DNA of 62,617 bases, filler included, from Chiloscyllium plagiosum (taxonomy: Eukaryota), in NCBI RefSeq assembly GCF_004010195.1. It is 3 parts of one record of this genome, joined end to end, with 100 filler letters (N's around TTAATTAATTAA, not from the genome) between each part and the next. Parts side by side here need not be neighbours in the genome. Positions count along the whole stretch, not along the records: positions 51,151 to 62,617 come from NC_057710.1; 2 more parts are not named here. The stretch is one strand, 5' to 3'. The position numbers and the translations under genes were made by a program. Of the stretch, positions 61,112 to 62,617 are shown piece by piece; position 1 is the stretch's first letter, and each line of letters opens with the position of its first letter. The notes below the pieces were generated by a model, which was not told the DNA's origin, ran no database searches, and saw nothing but the letters and a program-made list of their open reading frames with translations.

Positions 61112-61910
61112 AGAAAGTGAGGTCTGCAGACGCTGGAGATCAAAGCTGAAACTTTATTGCTGGAACAGCACAGCAGGTCAGGCAGCATCTAGGGAACAGA
61201 AGATTCGACGTTTCGGGCACATGCCCTTCTTCAGGAATGAGCAGAGAGTGTTCAGCAGGAGAAGATAAAAGGTAGGGAGGAGGGACTTGGAGGAGGGGCG
61301 TTGGAAATGTGATAGGTGGAAAGAGGTCAAGGTGAGGGTGATAGGTCGGAGTAGGGTGGAGGCGGAGAGGTCAAGAAAAAGACTGCAGGTCAGGAAGGCG
61401 GTGCCAGGCGGGAGGGATCCGGCTGAGACAAGGTGGGGGGAGGGGGGATGAAGAAACTGGTGAAGTCCAAGTTCATCCCCTGCGGTTGGAGGGTTCCCAG
61501 TCGGAAGATAAGACGCTCCTCCTCCGACCGTCGCGTTGTTGTGGTTTGGCGGTGGATGAGTCCAATGACCTGCATATCCTCGGTGGAGTGGGAGGGGGAG
61601 ATGAAATGCTGTGCTACAGGGTGGTTGGGTTGGTTCATCCGGGTGGCCCAGAGGTGCTCTCTGAATCGCTCCGCAAGTAGGCGGCCTGTCTCCCCAATAT
61701 AGAGGAGGCCACACCGGCTGCAGCGGATGCAGTAGATGATGTGGGTGGAGGTGCAGGTGAATCTGTGGCGGATATGGAAGTTTCCCTTGGGGCCTTGGAG
61801 AGAAGTGAGGGGGGAGGTATGGGCGCAAGTGTTGCACCTCCTGCGGGTGCAAGGGAAGGTGCCGGGAGGGGAGGTTGGGTCGGTGGGGGGTGTGGATCTG
61901 ACAAGGGAGT
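61112..61910 (-). mobile_element. Penelope-like element 3' part: Zn-finger/GIY-YIG ORF + family A terminal repeat
   Basis: ORF 61390-61989 GTFPCTRRRCNTC...IIYCIRCSRCGLLYIGETG...RFREH...EERLIFRLGTLQPQGMNLDF. Confidence 0.93.
61205..61234 (-). ncRNA. Minimal hammerhead ribozyme motif (family A)
   Basis: CTGAAGA-A-GGGC-atgt-GCCC-GAAA-CGTCGA. Confidence 0.72.
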
Positions 61911-62617
61911 ATCCACCGCATCTCCCCCACTTCCCGCTCCTCCGCCCTTGAGCCCCGCCCCTCCAAACCCCACCAGGACAGAACCCCACTGGTCCTCACC
62001 TACCACCCCACCAATCTCCATGTACAGCGCATCACCCGCCGTCACTTCCGCCACCTCCAAACAGACCCAAGCACCAAGGATATATTTCCCTCCCCACCCC
62101 TATCAGCTTTCCGTAGAGACCACTCCCTCCGCGACTCCCTTGTCAGATCCACACCCCCCACCGAACCAACCACCACTCCCGGCACCTTCCCTTGCAACCG
62201 CAGGAGGTGCAACACTTGCGCCCACACCTCCCCCCTCACTTCTCTCCAAGGCCCCAAAGGAAACTTCCATATCCGCCACAGATTCACCTGCACCTCCACC
62301 CACATCATCTACTGCATCCGCTGCAGCCGGTGTGGCCTCCTCTATATTGGGGAAACAGGCCGCCTACTTGCGGAGCGATTCAGGGAGCACCTCTGGGCCA
62401 CCCGGACGAACCAACCCAACCAACCTGTGGCACAGCATTTCAACTCCCCCTCCCACTCCACCGAGGATATGCAGGTCATTGGACTCATCCACCGCCAAAC
62501 CACAACAACCCGACGGTCGGAGGAGGAGCGTCTTATCTTCCGACTGGGAACCCTCCAACCACAGGGGATGAACTTGGACTTCACCAGTTTCTTCATCCCC
62601 CCTCCCCCCAACTTGTC
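61911..62617 (+). mobile_element. Second Penelope-like arm, open frame through linker + GIY-YIG, running off the window
   Basis: Frame from 61911: IHRISPTSRSSALEP...RTPLVLTYHP...LRDSLVRS...GTFPCNRRRCNTC...YIGETG...GMNLDF. Confidence 0.92.

Noticed and set aside
61635..62571. Pro/Ser-rich 276-aa and 141-aa ORFs
   Set aside because: Alternative frames across the inverted Penelope junction.

Overview
Repeat-dominated vertebrate genomic DNA, almost certainly from an elasmobranch (shark), judged by HE1-type V-SINEs, shark-type CR1 LINEs and a SacSINE1/DeuSINE-like relic. No host protein-coding exon could be recognised. Two 100-bp N44-TTAATTAATTAA-N44 linkers (24216-24315, 51051-51150) show the window joins three scaffolds. 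The content is a nested TE graveyard: many CR1 copies, a second CR1/L2-group LINE with a partner tRNA-SINE, Rex1/Babar-like LINEs, two solo LTRs with 4-bp TSDs, a decayed Gypsy element, and several Penelope-like families whose terminal repeats carry minimal hammerhead ribozyme motifs. A ~9-kb 8-mer (AGTACAGR)n array apparently grew out of the 3' end of a Rex1-like LINE. The most striking structure is in the Gypsy 3' LTR (55211-58397). Nine 3' fragments of a probable Tx1/L1-clade retrotransposon are stacked at one site. Each is preceded by the same ~14-bp target word (TAAAACAGGCTTGT) and all share one 5' junction, but their 3' ends, A-rich tails and apparent 3' transductions differ. This suggests serial, self-regenerating targeted insertion into another element's LTR promoter region. 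Family names come from recalled motifs, not database searches, and most element boundaries are approximate (tens of bp).
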